A stretch of 63,961 bases of DNA, filler included. It is 7 parts of 7 records of this genome, joined end to end, with 100 filler letters (N's around TTAATTAATTAA, not from the genome) between each part and the next. Parts side by side here need not be neighbours in the genome. Positions count along the whole stretch, not along the records: positions 21,239 to 27,425 come from SRR31147125_9420; positions 27,526 to 36,477 come from SRR31147125_9424; 5 more parts are not named here. One strand, written 5' to 3'. Under the pieces are notes generated by a model. The model made no database searches. It had not been told where the DNA came from and saw nothing but the letters and a program-made list of their open reading frames with translations. Numbering within the stretch: position 1 is the stretch's first letter; each line of letters starts with the position of its first letter. The position numbers and the translations under genes are program-made. Shown one piece after another: positions 22,065 through 32,390 of the stretch.

Positions 22065-22861
22065 ATGCGTAAATGGTTACGAAATCGACGACGGAAAAAG
22101 ATTTTACGAACGCCCTTTCCCCAGACGTGGCGGGACGTCATGCGGGAAACGGTAACGCACTATTCTTATCTTGATGACGGGGAGAAGGCGCGGCTGGAAC
22201 AGCTCGTTCAGATTTTTATTGCCGAGAAAAATTTTGAAGGATGCGGCGGTCTCGAAATAACCGACGAGATCAAGGTGGTTGTGGCGGCACAGGCGTGTCT
22301 TCTGGTTCTTGGGTTGCCGGATTTTCAATACCTCCAGCTCGAGTCTGTCCTGGTGTATCCCACTACCGTTGCCCTGCCTCCTTCACGGCCGAGTGTTTTT
22401 GCGGATAGCCCGATGATTGTGCCGGATCAGCGGGCTATTCTCGGTATGGCGTCGTTTCGAGGACCGGTTATTCTGGTGTGGGATGCAGTGGAGCGAGGGG
22501 CGCGTCATCCTGAGCAGGGACATAATGTGGTGTACCATGAATTCGCCCATATTCTCGATATGCGGGACGGTACGGCAGACGGCACCCCTGAGCTTTCGAA
22601 CAGGCAGCTCTACGATGCGTGGGTTGAGATTTGCAGCAAGGAGTTCTTTAAACTGAAAAAGGATACAGAAAGCGGGCGCAAGAGCCTGCTCGACACCTAT
22701 GGCGCCGTGCATGAAGCCGAGTTTTTTGCTGTGGCGACGGAGCTTTTTTTGATCGGCCGCTCCGCATGAAACGGGAATCCCCTGATCTATATGCGGTTTT
22801 GTCGGCATATTATCGACAGGATACGGCCAAACGGCAACTGCTCCAGAAAAAGTCTGCATGA
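22065..22861 (+). CDS. MtfA-like zinc metallopeptidase (M90 family); frameshift in T7 at 22744-22750
   Basis: FIAEKNFEGCGGLEITDE, VAAQACL, GHNVVYHEFAHILD, YGAVHEAEFFAVATE. One extra T gives FFDRP...PDLYAVLSAYYRQD...* ending at 22861. Confidence 0.85.
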
Positions 22862-23040
22862 GAAATGAAGCAAGAAAAGGCTACGTCCTGGATTCAATGG
22901 AACAGATACAGTCATCCCACAGCCGATGGGTACGGGCGAAATTTGGTAAGACAGCCGGATATAAGGAAGTAAAATTCCGGCTCCATATTTTGTAGTGCCT
23001 AACAAAATGATTGTTACTGTTTAAGAAGAGAGAAGCGAGA

Positions 23041-23484
23041 AATGATCGTTTTGTGTTTTATGCTCGAAGGCTGAATGAAATCAATATATTGTCGTATGAG
23101 CATTGCAAATAACTGTTTAGAGAAAACCGCTTCTGCGGACTGAACCTTTCAAGGGAGCTGCATACGAGCTTCATTATTCATGAAATAGCTCATGCCGCTA
23201 CGGTCAATAGTTTGAATACCAATCCCGGAATTGTCGCAGCCGCCGAGTATATAGCGTATACAACCCAGTTCTTTTTGATGCCGGTAAACCTGCGGAAGCG
23301 GATATTGAGAAATATAACCAATGACGGATTCAGCGCTGATGTGGAAATCACAAGCCTGTTTCACGATCTGAACCCAAACGTTTTCGCTGTCAAAGCGTAC
23401 AGGCATTTCATACGTCCCGAAAACGGGATAGCATTCTATAAAAAGCTCATTTCCGGTCAGTGTATTCTCGATCAGGAAGACTAA
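23041..23484 (+). pseudogene. Remnant of an HExxH (zincin-like, DUF6639-like) protein
   Basis: The frame of ORF 23212-23484 extends upstream as ...NEINILSYEHCK*LFRENRFCGLNLSRELHTSFIIHEIAHAATV...AAEYIAYTTQF. In-frame TAA at 23110-23112 and no proper start. Confidence 0.5.
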
Positions 23485-23497
23485 CTCAGGGGAACCT

Positions 23498-25366
23498 CTA
23501 TTCACAGACACTTGGTGTTTCACTGCAGATTGTATCCACATAGCTCTGTGCATTGCTGTGTCCCTTCACAGAAGCCTTTTCAAACCACATCACTGCTGTT
23601 CTTAAATCTTGTGGCACACCCTGGCCGTGATAATAGAGCAATCCCATTATCACTTGGGCCTCAGCATAACCTTTCTCCGCAAATGTTCTGAAAAAAGCAA
23701 TTGCACGATTATGACCCATTCGAGCCGCTTTTAGAAACCACCGTATTGCATGTTCTTTGTTCCGGGAAACGCCGATACCCTCTAAATAACAATTCCCCAG
23801 GTAATAATTGGCGTGTACGTCCCCCTGATCAGCAGCCTTCCTGAACCATGCGACTGCGCTTCCGTAATTGCTTACCACCCCTTTTCCGTAATAATACATG
23901 AAAGCGAGATTGATTTGAGCTTTCGTGTAGCCCTGGTTGGCCGCCCTTGTGTACCATTTTACTGCTTCGTCAAAGTTTCTCTCGACACCTTTCCCCCTGT
24001 CATACATCACTCCAAGGTTATTCTGGGCCACAGGCATTCCTTGTTCTGCAGCGGCCCTGTACCATTGTACTGCCGCCTGATAATCCCGCAGGCTCTCATT
24101 GGTTTCGCCTTCTGAGAATAGTACACCAAGGTTGTATTGAGCATTAGCATACCCCTGGGTTGCTGACTTGAGATACCAGCGTACAGCGTGCACGTTGTCC
24201 TCTGGCGTTTCTATACCGAAGTCGTATCGTACCCCCAGATTATATTGAGATCGGGCACATCCCTGGTCTGCGGATTTCCTCCACCAGTTGTATGCCTTTT
24301 CATAGTCTTGCGGAACCCCGCTTCCTTCATAGTACAAATGGCCGAGATTATATTGTGCCTTGGCGCACCCTTGCTCTGCCGCTTTCCTGTACCACCTCAT
24401 TGCCTGGGTTTTGTCTTCGACTACCCCTTCGCCTGCCTCATACATTGCTCCCAAAGTAAATTGAGACCGTATGTCTCCCTGCTCGGCTGCTTTCCTGTAC
24501 CAATAAGCTGCTTGAATAAAGTCCTGTTCTACCCCCTTGCCTTTGTCAAATAAACCTCCCAGCATGAACTGCGCATTGGCATCGCCCTGCTCGGCTGCCC
24601 TGGCATACCATTGTGCCGCTTCTTCATAATTTGCTGGAAGTTCTCCATAACCAAACTCATAGGCAACTCCCAGGTTATATTGGGCTTGGGCATAGCCGCA
24701 TTCTGCACTTTTTCGAAACCACTCAACAGCTTTATTGTCGTCCTGGGTGACACCGTTGCCCTTGATGTAGAGAAGACCCAGGTTATTTTGCGCTGCCGAA
24801 AACCCCTGTAATGCTGCCCTTCTGTACCATTTCACGGCTTGTATGTAATCTTGATGAACCCCTTTCCCTTCTTGATACATCTTCCCCAGGTAGTTCTGGG
24901 CATCGGCAGCATCCTGCTCGGCTGCCTTGAGAAAAAGCTCTACTGCTTTTTCGTAGTTTTGGGATACTCCCTTCCCCTCGAAATACATAGCACCCAGGCA
25001 GGTGAAAGCGATCACGTAATTCTGCTCCACGGCCTTCAGATACCACGCGGCTGCTGTCTTGAAGTCTTGTTGTACGCCTTTGCCTTCAGCGAATAAAAAA
25101 CCCATCATGACTTGTGCTTCGGGATGCCCCTGCTCAGCTACCTCGCGATACAGTTTTGCTGCTGCCTCAAAATCCTGTTCAACATCAACCCCACTGAAAT
25201 AGGACTTCGCTAAGTCAAACTGGTCTAGTGCCCGTAGCTCCGGGTCAATGATGACAGGCCCACTATCCAGGGGGACGGACTCTTCAGCAGTTATCTTGTT
25301 AAAAGATACTAAAAGGGCAAGGAGTGGCAGCAGGACAACTATGAGGAGTCGTATCTTTCTCATCAC
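23498..25366 (-). CDS. Secreted Sel1-like repeat protein (about 15 repeats)
   Basis: Repeated AQ..LG.MY..G.GV.QD...A..WY.KAAEQG units; signal peptide; GGAGG SD. Confidence 0.95.
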   Translation of the reverse strand: MMRKIRLLIVVLLPLLALLVSFNKITAEESVPLDSGPVIIDPELRALDQFDLAKSYFSGVDVEQDFEAAAKLYREVAEQGHPEAQVMMGFLFAEGKGVQQDFKTAAAWYLKAVEQNYVIAFTCLGAMYFEGKGVSQNYEKAVELFLKAAEQDAADAQNYLGKMYQEGKGVHQDYIQAVKWYRRAALQGFSAAQNNLGLLYIKGNGVTQDDNKAVEWFRKSAECGYAQAQYNLGVAYEFGYGELPANYEEAAQWYARAAEQGDANAQFMLGGLFDKGKGVEQDFIQAAYWYRKAAEQGDIRSQFTLGAMYEAGEGVVEDKTQAMRWYRKAAEQGCAKAQYNLGHLYYEGSGVPQDYEKAYNWWRKSADQGCARSQYNLGVRYDFGIETPEDNVHAVRWYLKSATQGYANAQYNLGVLFSEGETNESLRDYQAAVQWYRAAAEQGMPVAQNNLGVMYDRGKGVERNFDEAVKWYTRAANQGYTKAQINLAFMYYYGKGVVSNYGSAVAWFRKAADQGDVHANYYLGNCYLEGIGVSRNKEHAIRWFLKAARMGHNRAIAFFRTFAEKGYAEAQVIMGLLYYHGQGVPQDLRTAVMWFEKASVKGHSNAQSYVDTICSETPSVCE

Positions 25367-25994
25367 ACCCTCCGCTATGAGAGGCGTGCTGAAGAACTAT
25401 CCTGATTGGCAACGAGAATTACCAACCAGAGGTGTTAAATGAAACAATAATCACCTAACAACCATAGTAATCGGAACAATGTGGCAGGAAGTCTGTCGAT
25501 TCAGAGCAGACTGAGGGTACCTTGACTATCGAATGATCTCTCTTAAACGGTCAAAAGGAATGAACATCCTGGGGCCATAAATTTCAGAAGGTCTTGTACA
25601 AAATCAAATCTTTCGTAGTAAGCTTCAAGCCCTTTTACTGGTTTGGGAATGTGCTCCTATTATAATAGCTACCGAAGTGTATACCAGCAATTGAAATACA
25701 TCGGGTCTTACATATTTCAGGCTACTTGTATATATATTTCAATCAACTGAAGAGGTTTATGTTGGCGTTAGGATTGGGCGGATCTTAGGGGGGCCTGTCG
25801 AGCAGCGGCCTAGAACGATCCGGGTGATCTGGATTGAAAAAGGCAAAGAACCGTACAAATCGAAATTGGCATTGTGGGGAAAAATAGGTAAAGCTGTTTC
25901 TATGATGTGACCGTAATGTGATGTGCCGGTTAGCTATTCTGCGGCCATCTCACAGATCAAATCTCAAGGTAGCCCCAATTTTTCCGAGGTCATT

Positions 25995-26132
25995 ATGACG
26001 ATAAAGAGAGATAGTGAATCCAGTGAAAAACCACATAAATCAAACAGTTCTGCGTTTTTGGTTTATGCCGTTGTCGTTTTTTCAATTCTCGCGGGCTGCC
26101 TCGTTGTCATACTTATGAGAAGTTCTGCTTGA
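25995..26132 (+). CDS. Small single-TM hypothetical protein (45 aa)
   Basis: GAGGT SD, then MTIKRDSESSEKPHKSNSSAFLVYAVVVFSILAGCLVVILMRSSA. Confidence 0.4.
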   Translation: MTIKRDSESSEKPHKSNSSAFLVYAVVVFSILAGCLVVILMRSSA

Positions 26133-26250
26133 GATGATGATCTGGTCCTGGAAACTGTCGTGTGCGGACATTGTCTCCTTGGTATATAAACTATATGTCT
26201 GCGGGAGAATCCCCGCACGCGTTTTGATAAAGAACCAGAATCCGCACCGT

Positions 26251-26958
26251 TCCGTTACATGGACGATACCGGCAGCGATCGAGTCAGCCTCGATCATACC
26301 CGGCCAGCGCACGAATGCATCAACGCGCACTCCGCCCTCGGTGTAATCGCCCTTACCCCCGCGGTATACCATTGCTGAAAAACCGCTGCCGGGAGAATAC
26401 TTGGTGAAATGGCCATTGTCCCCCATGATGACAGTTACGGTTGCCAGGCCATGAACGCTTCAACAGTCTTCCTTGACTCTGGTCTTAAATTTTTGATACC
26501 TTCATAGGGTTTCCCTTTACCGAGTTCAGCATGTGGGTATTTCTTGATCATGATCATATGGCGCTTGATCATGTCCTGAAAACTGGCGCCGGACCAGAGC
26601 GGTAGACCAACAAATTCCTCTTCCTCACGTGGATCACGGAAGAGATTAAAGACCGGCGCTGCAGCACCCGGTACCCCAGGCGCCGGTACATGCATCTTGA
26701 ACTCCTGCTTAACGACTGAACGCTGCTGACGTCATCGATGAGGATATAGAAGATGTTTGGGCGCTTTCCACCGTTTTCAGCACGAATTGCCGCAAGCATC
26801 GAATCGATCTCTCGGTCTTCTGCATCCCATTGGTCTCCGTACTGCTGACGAAGGAACTCGTACTCCCCGTCATGAATAATTGTTTCTTGAGCCTGTACAG
26901 CAAGAGCACACATTAAACAGAGTGCGACAGTGAGATAAAACGTGCGACTATGTAGCAT
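26251..26958 (-). pseudogene. Arylsulfatase remnant: N-terminus fused out of frame to the C-terminus, followed by an orphan middle fragment
   Basis: N-term ...GGKRPNIFYILIDDV (26958 to ~26727); C-term RSVVKQEFKMH...FNLFRDPREE...AWQP* (~26724-26435); middle VIMGDNG...YRGGKGDYTEGGVRVDAFVRWPGMI...GIVHVT (~26432-26251). The catalytic CxPxR region is absent. Confidence 0.8.
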
Positions 26959-27256
26959 TTTTGACTCCTGAATTCTTCAGATACTCTGTATTGTCAGTAA
27001 ATTAATTTTTTGAACTGAACCCCATATTTCCCTGGGAATGTTCGTGTAGTCGATAGCAAGCAAGTGAAATATCATCCACCCTATCAAGGAAAGTCCGTAT
27101 GATTCATATATGATAATCATTCCTGGAAAATACCACATTACGGAGAAATGGGTCCACTTTCCGGGTGCCTTCCTGCTTGCATAGTATCATCGTATGCGTG
27201 TATGCTGAACATACTAACGGGCAGGTGGAGTCTGTTCATCTCATTGAGGGAGTGAT

Positions 27257-27425
27257 ATGGCTGACGCTCAGGAACCGCTGTGGCATCGAACCAGAAAGCT
27301 GATCAGGGAATACTGGCCGCTGGGTGAACCGGTCGCATTGAAGGATGTCATCGGGCTCAATCTGCCTGAAGGGGACTTCGGCAAAATCAGGAAGAAGATC
27401 GATGCATGTCTGGAGGCCACGGGGG
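27257..27425 (+). CDS. 5' fragment, possibly malonyl-CoA decarboxylase
   Basis: GAGGGA SD. ...NLPEGDFGKIRKKIDACLEATG resembles the LP..D...L...CLE..GG segment of MCD N-termini (from memory). Truncated at the contig end. Confidence 0.4.
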
Positions 27426-27525
27426 NNNNNNNNNNNNNNNNNNNNNNNNNNNNNNNNNNNNNNNNNNNNTTAATTAATTAANNNNNNNNNNNNNNNNNNN
27501 NNNNNNNNNNNNNNNNNNNNNNNNN

Positions 27526-27969
27526 CCCTTCCATGTAGGCATCATCCAGTTTTTTAATATATTCTCTTTTCGAAAAATCCTTTATGGAAATGGCCAGGGA
27601 AGGTCCTGTTTTGAAATGTAGTTTATGTTTCTTTTTCCAGAGGCAGGAATATTTGAACAGAAACGGAATTTGCAGATAAGCTATAGAGTACTTTATATCG
27701 TATAATGACAAGACACCAGGATATGCCCAGACTCGTTTATGCGTTAATTTACCTGCTTTGATTGTAAAATAGATTCCACTACGAAACTGAAGTATGTTTT
27801 GTTTACTCGTTTCACCTTCATATCCCAAAGTGAAACCAGGTCTTATTTTTGAATCCGTAAAGGAACGAATGGATATATTGGAACCGATCTGAAGTTTTGC
27901 TCCGAAAAGCAGATTGGGTGAAAGAAAATAAATGATATAAATGAGTGTTATATATTTATGGGTTTTCAT
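27526..27969 (-). CDS. Porin-family/outer-membrane beta-barrel protein, 5' part
   Basis: Signal peptide MKTHKYITLIYIIYFLSPNLLFG; GFTLG, YLQIPFLFKY and GPSLAI strands are typical of OMP_b-brl/PorT-like proteins. Confidence 0.6.
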
Positions 27970-28060
27970 TATATTGCTTTCGTTATCTTGATAATAAAAT
28001 ATATAATCCAGGAAAGTAGTCAATTTTGAACATAGTATATGTTTTGCTTATTTGCATATT

Positions 28061-28090
28061 AACCACTGAACACACCGAATACACTGAAAA
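28061..28090. repeat. 9-bp-period repeat arm (ACCACTGAA CACACCGAA TACACTGAA)
   Basis: Three imperfect 9-mers; a weak reverse-complement remnant TGTTCACTGG lies at 28214-28223. Confidence 0.5.
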
Positions 28091-28278
28091 AGAGCAAATA
28101 AATCATGCAAAGGGTCGAGTCCACTAAAGACGTGAGTAACAAAGTTTAGTGCGGATAAGAATCTTCATAAAACCTGACAAAAACATCACAGAAGGACGGA
28201 ATTGGTGCAAAATTGTTCACTGGATTAGGTTATCCTATCCTCCTGATAATAGATAAAATGATATATTTCCTGTTGCTC

Positions 28279-29643
28279 TTACAACTCGGAAATCCAATCC
28301 ACAATTAACTCCAAAACCTGTGGCGCTATGGTTTCTTCAATTTTCCCATATTCCGTCATCAAGCCGGTGTTGGCTGTTTGAAAAAGATGATTTGCGTCAG
28401 GGATAATTTTTATGAGAAATTGGGAATTTCCACCTTCTTTTAAAGCGTTTTCAATGGATTTTAAATTTTTAGCTGCTGAAACCTGAACATCTTTACTTCC
28501 ATTAAGAGCAAGAACAGGACATGTTACCTTTTTTAGCACCACTTTCGGATCAAAGGAGAGCATGAAACGATAGCCAGGTGATAAAAGCGCTTTTATCTGT
28601 GATTTATCCGGCACCAGATTTTCCAACTTTTGTCTTGCGATTACATCATTCTCTTCTGTTTTGATGATTGTTAGTATTTTTCTTTGCAAAGCTACATTTT
28701 GTTCTATCACATTTTCACTTAAACCATAGGCTTTATTCAAGGCAGCCACCTGGTCACATATTACTTCAGATCCGACTTTACCAGGCGTGGCCATTAAAAT
28801 TATAAAGTCGATGTCTGATGATTGTGAAGCGACCAGGGATGCAACCAGACCACCCTCACTATGGCCTAAAAGTCCCATTTTATTGATTTTTATCTGATTG
28901 TTACTTTTTAAATAGTCAAGGGCTGCCTCTACATCTGTAGCAAAATCCTCAATTGTTGAAGCAGCAAAATCGCCTGTTGACTGGCCAACACCGCGGTCAT
29001 CAAATCGTAACACGGCATATCCATGTCGGGTCAGGTAATCGGCCTGAACCCAAAATGGGCGATGACCGTTTATTGTTTCGTCCCTATCCTGGGCTCCGGA
29101 ACCACTGATGAGAATAACAGCAGGATATGGACCTTTGCTTTTTGGGAAAGTGAGTGTTCCGGCTAAAGTTATATCTGCCTGGTCATTATTAAATGTAACT
29201 TTTTCTTCATTGTAAGGAAACGGCGGTTTAGGTTCCTGTGGTCTATTGACTTGAGTTACAGAATCCACTTTTTTAAGCTGTAAAGGAAATTCTAATCCAT
29301 TCTGCACCCATTTCCCTTTCATAATCGTTTTATTATCCTGTAAATCCCCCTGATAAAAACCATTAATAATATTTATTTTTAGAATGACTCCCTGATTATT
29401 AAAAATGACATCATCCACAGGTATATCCGTTGCTCCCTGATCCGGACTGTCCATGGTTGCTGATAATTCAGAGTTGTCATTTTGCAGGATTTTAAAGATA
29501 ATACGCAGTTCCATCCCTTTGACATTTAAGGTTCCATGCCAGTTGCCGGTGATGTTTTTGTTTTCATTTGCTATTAAAGTATTACTTGAAGTAATGGCAA
29601 TTAGCGTCGCGACAATCATAAATAGATTGATTTTTCTTTTCAT
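28279..29643 (-). CDS. Secreted alpha/beta-fold hydrolase
   Basis: N-terminal MDSPDQGA domain, RPQEP.PPFPY, ISGSGAQDRDE, RFDDRGVG, nucleophile GHSEGG, NGSKDVQV, ANHLFQ. Confidence 0.9.
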   Translation of the reverse strand: MKRKINLFMIVATLIAITSSNTLIANENKNITGNWHGTLNVKGMELRIIFKILQNDNSELSATMDSPDQGATDIPVDDVIFNNQGVILKINIINGFYQGDLQDNKTIMKGKWVQNGLEFPLQLKKVDSVTQVNRPQEPKPPFPYNEEKVTFNNDQADITLAGTLTFPKSKGPYPAVILISGSGAQDRDETINGHRPFWVQADYLTRHGYAVLRFDDRGVGQSTGDFAASTIEDFATDVEAALDYLKSNNQIKINKMGLLGHSEGGLVASLVASQSSDIDFIILMATPGKVGSEVICDQVAALNKAYGLSENVIEQNVALQRKILTIIKTEENDVIARQKLENLVPDKSQIKALLSPGYRFMLSFDPKVVLKKVTCPVLALNGSKDVQVSAAKNLKSIENALKEGGNSQFLIKIIPDANHLFQTANTGLMTEYGKIEETIAPQVLELIVDWISEL

Positions 29644-29857
29644 TATTCACTCCTGAGTATCTACGAATAATTGATTTTTGATACCTTGCAAACAATAATA
29701 GATTTGAAAGATGGATGCAGAGACTTTTGATATTTTTTTACGAAAAATTTGAATGATAACCTATGTCGCTGTCCCCTGTTTTAATTTGAAAAGTAAAACA
29801 TAAAATTTGATTCTGTAATTTAAATTATTGATAGAAAACCAATTCAGCCCCAAATAA

Positions 29858-30214
29858 GTGGCTTTAGCCACATGCTCAGCTAGATATTCTGATTTCCGGT
29901 ATATTATAACTGCAAGTATCCGGGATGCAAGACAATATGTGTTTTGGATTAGGTTAATCGGTCTGCCAAATCACTGGCAAAAACAAAGTCATTGCACTCC
30001 ACAACTTGAAGTTTTTAGGAATATTTTGCGAAATATGCAGTAAATCTGTATTTGTGTCAACTAACTGAAACAATGGGCTTTAGCCCATTGCATAATTTAG
30101 TATTTAGGTCGTTTTTTTTAAAAACTGCAATCATTCTGGATACGGGACGATATGTGCTTGGTTTTAATTCAATCCACCAAAAAACACTGGCAATGACACA
30201 GTCATTGCACTCCA
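29858..30214. repeat. Two degenerate direct copies (~145 bp; 29858-30001 and 30071-30214) of a REP-like unit
   Basis: Each copy has a GGCTTTAGCC hairpin, then ACTGCAA, then ATATGTG, then CACTGGCAAnnACAnAGTCATTGCACTCCA (27/30 identical between copies). Confidence 0.7.
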
Positions 30215-30225
30215 AAGGGTGAACT

Positions 30226-32262
30226 TTACAATCGTTTTCCAAACAGCACCAACTGTTTTTTATCATTATAATAATTGAACGGGCCTGGTTTTGGACCAAT
30301 GTGGTTACGGGTGACGGTGATGACGGTATTTGTTTCGGGTATCACTACTGAAACCGATAGACTGGCGCCGGAAATAACGTATCCTCCCTCCTGTTCAAAC
30401 AGCCACCACAACAGACCATACCTGCCATTATCGGAAGCACGGGTGCCATGGTATTTCCAGACCTGTTGTTTTAATTCCGGGGTGAAAAAAGTATGGCCAT
30501 TCAAGCTTCCATCACTCAGAAACAGTTGACTGAATGTGTTGAGTTCTTTGGCTGTCAGATACAATCCGGTATGAGCACGTTGGCCTTTAATAACCGTTGA
30601 ATAATGATCCGAAAGATTATCAAAATCACCGGCAATACATGGGAGTAAAAACAAATCCGGTTGATATTCGTAAATATACAATGCTTTTTTAAGGCCTAAT
30701 GGCTCCAGGATTCGTTTGTTGAGGGATTCATAAATATCCTCACCTGTGGCTGCTTCTATGACGCGTTCCAATAAATGCATGCCTAACGAAGAATAAAGGA
30801 ATTCCTGACCGGGTTTAGTTTGTATGTCCACCAGGTTCAGGTCCAGTGGTGGATCATAGATCAATTCATTCAATTTTTTACCTGCAACGCCCGCACCAGA
30901 TGTGTGTGAAGCCAGATGCCGGATGGTGATATCTTTTCTACTAAAGGGTCCCTTTCCAGGATTGGTAAATTCGGGTAAATATTCTGAAACCGGGTCATCC
31001 AAATCCAGAAGACCATCATGAGACAGATTGATCAACAGGGCTGAGATAAAACTCTTTGTGCAGGACCACATGGGCCACATAGAGTGCTCATTGATATCCG
31101 TGTACGGCATTTGCGGTTGGGAACCGCGCAGGTATTTTTCATAAATGCTGTTTCCGGCCTTGCTCACAATGATACCGGCTGAGCACGGGGATAAATTGGC
31201 CAATGTTTCGCTGACATACAACTCTAATTCTCTGAGTACACTATTTTCAGTAACGTGCGTAACAGCCGTTTTGGCTGACGAGGTTAAATCATGCATGGTA
31301 TTATAAATATCCTTATCGTCCTGAACACCGTTAAATTCAAACGGTGTGTATTGATTGACATTTTTGTTCATGTATCCCCAGGAGCAGCCCTCTTTGACCG
31401 AAGCCAGTAATGCGTGTGCCGCCTCGAGTCCTACTTTGTCATCTTCATTACAAACAATGGGCTTGTTATACTTTTTTAAAGCCTGGATCCGCTTGGGAAT
31501 CTCTTCAACCGGGGTGCTATTAAAATGAATGAGGATAAAATCCGCAGCCTTTGCCACGAGCGAGTCAATGCGGCCATTACCCAGACCGCTGGCAGATACC
31601 AGCAAATCAGGATTTGTTTCTTTTGCCAGTTTGATCAATTCAGCCATACCTTGAGCGGATTTAATAATATCAAAATCAAATCCGCGATGCGGATACTCGT
31701 TGGCGATTTCCAGCATCACATGTTTCCAACCGTTTTTACTGATCCAGTTGACGGTATTGACAATACCAGTTCGAACAGCTTCTTCATCTTCCAGGATTTG
31801 ATCCTGTCTCTGGTAATAACATCCCAGAATAACGGCTATACCCGCTTTATCGCATGCATTGATAACTTTTTCCATGCGTTTGAGATAATGTTCATTCAAA
31901 CTTCCGTCAGGCAAAAATGCTGAATTAAGTGCTCCTTCATAGCCGGGCATGCCGCCTTGCAGGTTAAAGGTAAACGCGGACACGCCGGCGTTTTTGTAAT
32001 CATCTATTTTTTGTAAAAATGTTTGTAGATTCAGGTCCGGGTTAAAATTCGGATTTTTTGCATCCTCGAACGTGGCATTGACCATACGTACATTTAACAA
32101 CAGGCCTTCAGCGGGCGTGTTGGGCCAGGTAATGTGATTATTTAAATACCACTCCTGGCCGGAAATACTTATAATCGTATTGGGTTTTGAGGAGCACAGA
32201 AAAAAAACAGGAACAGATGTAATGAATAGAAGAATAATAAGTTTTCTTGTGTTAGAGGCCAT
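30226..32262 (-). CDS. Fusion of an uncharacterised GH-like TIM-barrel domain and a beta-lactamase-family serine hydrolase
   Basis: N-half EGLLLNVRMVN, LQGGMPGYEG, LEIANE, IVCNED; C-half WSCTKS (SxxK), LDLDDPVSEYLP, ITIRHLASHTSG, FLYSS, YGLLWW. Confidence 0.75.
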   Translation of the reverse strand: MASNTRKLIILLFITSVPVFFLCSSKPNTIISISGQEWYLNNHITWPNTPAEGLLLNVRMVNATFEDAKNPNFNPDLNLQTFLQKIDDYKNAGVSAFTFNLQGGMPGYEGALNSAFLPDGSLNEHYLKRMEKVINACDKAGIAVILGCYYQRQDQILEDEEAVRTGIVNTVNWISKNGWKHVMLEIANEYPHRGFDFDIIKSAQGMAELIKLAKETNPDLLVSASGLGNGRIDSLVAKAADFILIHFNSTPVEEIPKRIQALKKYNKPIVCNEDDKVGLEAAHALLASVKEGCSWGYMNKNVNQYTPFEFNGVQDDKDIYNTMHDLTSSAKTAVTHVTENSVLRELELYVSETLANLSPCSAGIIVSKAGNSIYEKYLRGSQPQMPYTDINEHSMWPMWSCTKSFISALLINLSHDGLLDLDDPVSEYLPEFTNPGKGPFSRKDITIRHLASHTSGAGVAGKKLNELIYDPPLDLNLVDIQTKPGQEFLYSSLGMHLLERVIEAATGEDIYESLNKRILEPLGLKKALYIYEYQPDLFLLPCIAGDFDNLSDHYSTVIKGQRAHTGLYLTAKELNTFSQLFLSDGSLNGHTFFTPELKQQVWKYHGTRASDNGRYGLLWWLFEQEGGYVISGASLSVSVVIPETNTVITVTRNHIGPKPGPFNYYNDKKQLVLFGKRL

Positions 32263-32390
32263 GGGATCTCCAAATTTTTTTAATTAAATCTGTTTTTCCT
32301 GTAATTCTGAAAATGAATAAAGCATCCACTTATTTATGTGGATCTTGACGGATGAATTTTAGACGATTCTCCCGAAATAAATTAAAAATG

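Noticed and set aside
25830-25880. c-di-GMP-I riboswitch (GGCAAA...GAAA)
   Set aside because: No P2 stem with GACGCAAA/receptor motif could be formed.
29972-30214. Mini CRISPR array (two 30-bp near-identical repeats)
   Set aside because: Only two copies about 183 bp apart, similarity extends well beyond the 30-mer, and there are no cas genes.
30226-31200. Beta-lactam resistance gene
   Set aside because: SxxK family membership alone is not evidence; the third motif is degenerate and the domain is fused within a hydrolase operon.
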